From: Opitutales bacterium
Lineage (GTDB): Bacteria > Verrucomicrobiota > Verrucomicrobiia > Opitutales > JABSRG01
Reading direction: 5' to 3'
DNA length: 45,298 bases
Assembly (NCBI GenBank): GCA_049599475.1
Contig: JBMYOQ010000031.1
Location: 1-45,298 of the forward strand
Shown here: positions 43,648 through 45,298 of the stretch, in pieces
How positions within the stretch are numbered: position 1 is the stretch's first letter
How the letters are laid out: the number at the start of each line of letters is the position of its first letter
Notes under the pieces: model-generated
Databases searched by the model: none
The model's input: only the letters and a program-made list of their open reading frames with translations
Told to the model about the DNA's origin: nothing
Translations under genes and position numbers: made by a program

Positions 43648-44907
43648 ATGAGCAGTCCCAACGCGAATCAGCGTGTTGTTGTGACTGGGATCGGCGTTAT
43701 CGCGGGTCTCGGTCAGAAAGCAGACGAATTTTTCGACAACCTCGTAGCCGGCAAGTCGGGTATCTCTCGGGTCACACGATTTGATCCAACGGATTACCCA
43801 AGCCAGGTGGGTGCCGAGGCGACTCAGTTTGATCCGACTGAGTTCATCGACCCGAAGGAGGTGCGCCGAAACGATCGCTATACGCAATTTGCGATTGGGG
43901 CATCCCGCAGAGCTGTTGAAGACGGCTCGCTCGACCTCGAAAAGGTCGATAAAGACCGTTTCGGCGTTCTCATTGGCTCTGGTATCGGAGGCATGGAGAC
44001 GATCGAAAATCAGTCTTTTGCTCTTTTTCAAGGGGGGCCGCGTAAGGTATCCCCTTTTATGATCCCGTCCTTGATTGCAAACATGGCGACAGGTGTCGTT
44101 GCGATCGATCTTGGCGCTCGGGGCCCGAATTTCTCTGTGGTGAGTGCCTGTGCTACAGGTAGTCACGCCCTGGGCGAGGCTTACCGCATGATTCAGCGCG
44201 GTGAGGCGGACATCATGGTCGCTGGTGGTAGTGAAGCTGCCATTACCCGACTCGGCTATGGTGGATTCTGTAAAATGAAGGCCATGAGTACTCAATACAA
44301 TGACTCGCCTGAAAAGGCGTCTCGTCCGTTTGACTCAGGACGCGATGGTTTTGTAATGGGTGAGGGTGCAGGTGTTCTGATTCTCGAGACACTTGAGCAC
44401 GCTCAAGCTCGTGGAGCCAAGATTTACTGCGAAATGGTCGGCTATTCAGCCACATGTGATGCTTATCACATCACATCTCCCGATCCGGAGGGTAAAGGGC
44501 TGGCATTAGCTCTCCAAAATGCACTGAGGGGCGCAGGATTGGAACCAGAAGATGTGGATTACATCAACGCCCACGGAACATCCACGCCTTACAACGATAA
44601 ATTTGAGACTCAAGCTGTTAAGAATGTCTTTGGTGATCACGCTAAAGATAAGCTGCTGATGAGTTCTACTAAATCGATGACCGGACACCTCCTCGGAGCT
44701 GCCGGAGGTATCGAAGCTGCCGTGATCGCCAAGACGATTGAAACGGGCAAAGTAGCCCCGACAATCAATATCGACTATCCAGATCCTGATTGTGATCTCA
44801 ATTACGTGCCTAACACCTCTGTAGAAGCAGACGTAAAGGTAGCGATGAGTAACAACCTCGGCTTCGGTGGCCACAACGCCACAATCGTCTTCAAGGCGAT
44901 GGATTAA
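43648..44907 (+). CDS. fabF: 3-oxoacyl-ACP synthase II
   Basis: RVVVTG, SACATG (Cys), NAHGTST, KSMTGHLLGAAG, GFGGHN. Confidence 0.96.
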   Translation: MSSPNANQRVVVTGIGVIAGLGQKADEFFDNLVAGKSGISRVTRFDPTDYPSQVGAEATQFDPTEFIDPKEVRRNDRYTQFAIGASRRAVEDGSLDLEKVDKDRFGVLIGSGIGGMETIENQSFALFQGGPRKVSPFMIPSLIANMATGVVAIDLGARGPNFSVVSACATGSHALGEAYRMIQRGEADIMVAGGSEAAITRLGYGGFCKMKAMSTQYNDSPEKASRPFDSGRDGFVMGEGAGVLILETLEHAQARGAKIYCEMVGYSATCDAYHITSPDPEGKGLALALQNALRGAGLEPEDVDYINAHGTSTPYNDKFETQAVKNVFGDHAKDKLLMSSTKSMTGHLLGAAGGIEAAVIAKTIETGKVAPTINIDYPDPDCDLNYVPNTSVEADVKVAMSNNLGFGGHNATIVFKAMD

Positions 44908-44935
44908 GGCTACTAAACCTAATCAAATTTCGAAG

Positions 44936-44964
44936 AAAGGCCGGATCATTCCGGCCTTTTTTTT
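44936..44964 (+). terminator. Rho-independent terminator after fabF
   Basis: AAAGGCCGGA-TCAT-TCCGGCCTTT followed by a T run. Confidence 0.9.
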
Positions 44965-45131
44965 ATGGGTTCTCAACTAACGGGCGGAGGCACATCTCGG
45001 AGGGGAAAATTTTAGTCTGTTTCTTAAAAGTCCGTTCGCATCCAGCCTCTTTCCACCTCTTCAAGCAAAGCTCTGGATCTCCCAGGAATAAACGAAAACA
45101 CTTTTGACGACCATTTAGGATGTATTCCCCC

Positions 45132-45161
45132 GGTGGCGGCGCGATCTCCGAACGGCCGAAT
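45132..45161 (+). repeat. Degenerate solo copy of the REP-like unit at 23544
   Basis: GGTGGCGGCGCGATCTCCGAACGGCCGAAT vs GGTAGCGGCCGATCTCCGAGCGGCCGAAT: two substitutions and one insertion. Confidence 0.7.
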
Positions 45162-45298
45162 GTTGCGCAATGACTGGGCCCAATAGCGTCATCTCCAGTC
45201 ACCTCCGACCCAGAGGTTCTAGAATACTGCTTTTCAAACCGCGGGATTATACCGATTCTAAAAATTAAAGAGCCTTAAGGTTGTCTAAGAAGCGTTTA

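Noticed and set aside
45212..45222. AGAGGTTCTAG, identical to the 5' part of a class I preQ1 riboswitch
   Set aside because: The pairing CCTCT strand and A-rich tail do not follow, and it is about 11 kb from yhhQ; treated as a chance match

Overview
Mostly core chromosome of a bacterium that is probably Verrucomicrobiota (Opitutales-like). This is an inference from the AcpP insertion '[13 protein letters not shown]', the PheS insertion and the scarcity of Shine-Dalgarno sites. From left to right the window holds: (1) a minus-strand run of a TIGR03546/03545-like fusion, an ArsC-like protein, pyrimidine and purine nucleoside phosphorylases, an orphan N4/N6 DNA methyltransferase and ispA; (2) a urate/allantoin catabolism cluster (uraD, uraH, allC, allB, divergent pucG) with an embedded glutaminase-STAS-cNMP gene and a Tat-type metallophosphoesterase, where three transcription units each carry a correctly oriented sigma54-type GG-N8-TTGCT motif; (3) pheS-pheT-gatCAB-Nudix, punctuated by REP-like and 9-nt-periodic palindromes; (4) a 5'-truncated group II intron (RT/maturase tail, domains V and VI) whose 3' exon is the tail and right end of an IS5-family transposase; (5) a complete moxR-DUF58-DUF4381-batABCDE operon; (6) upp-yhhQ-amidohydrolase of an apparently archaeal-type family; (7) housekeeping genes: SpoU methylase, Dus, an esterase-like protein lacking its catalytic Ser, DUF2721, a hybrid REC-kinase, folD, a pseudouridine synthase and fabG-acpP-fabF. 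No rRNA, tRNA or CRISPR array was seen. All family assignments come from motif recognition by eye; no database searches were run.
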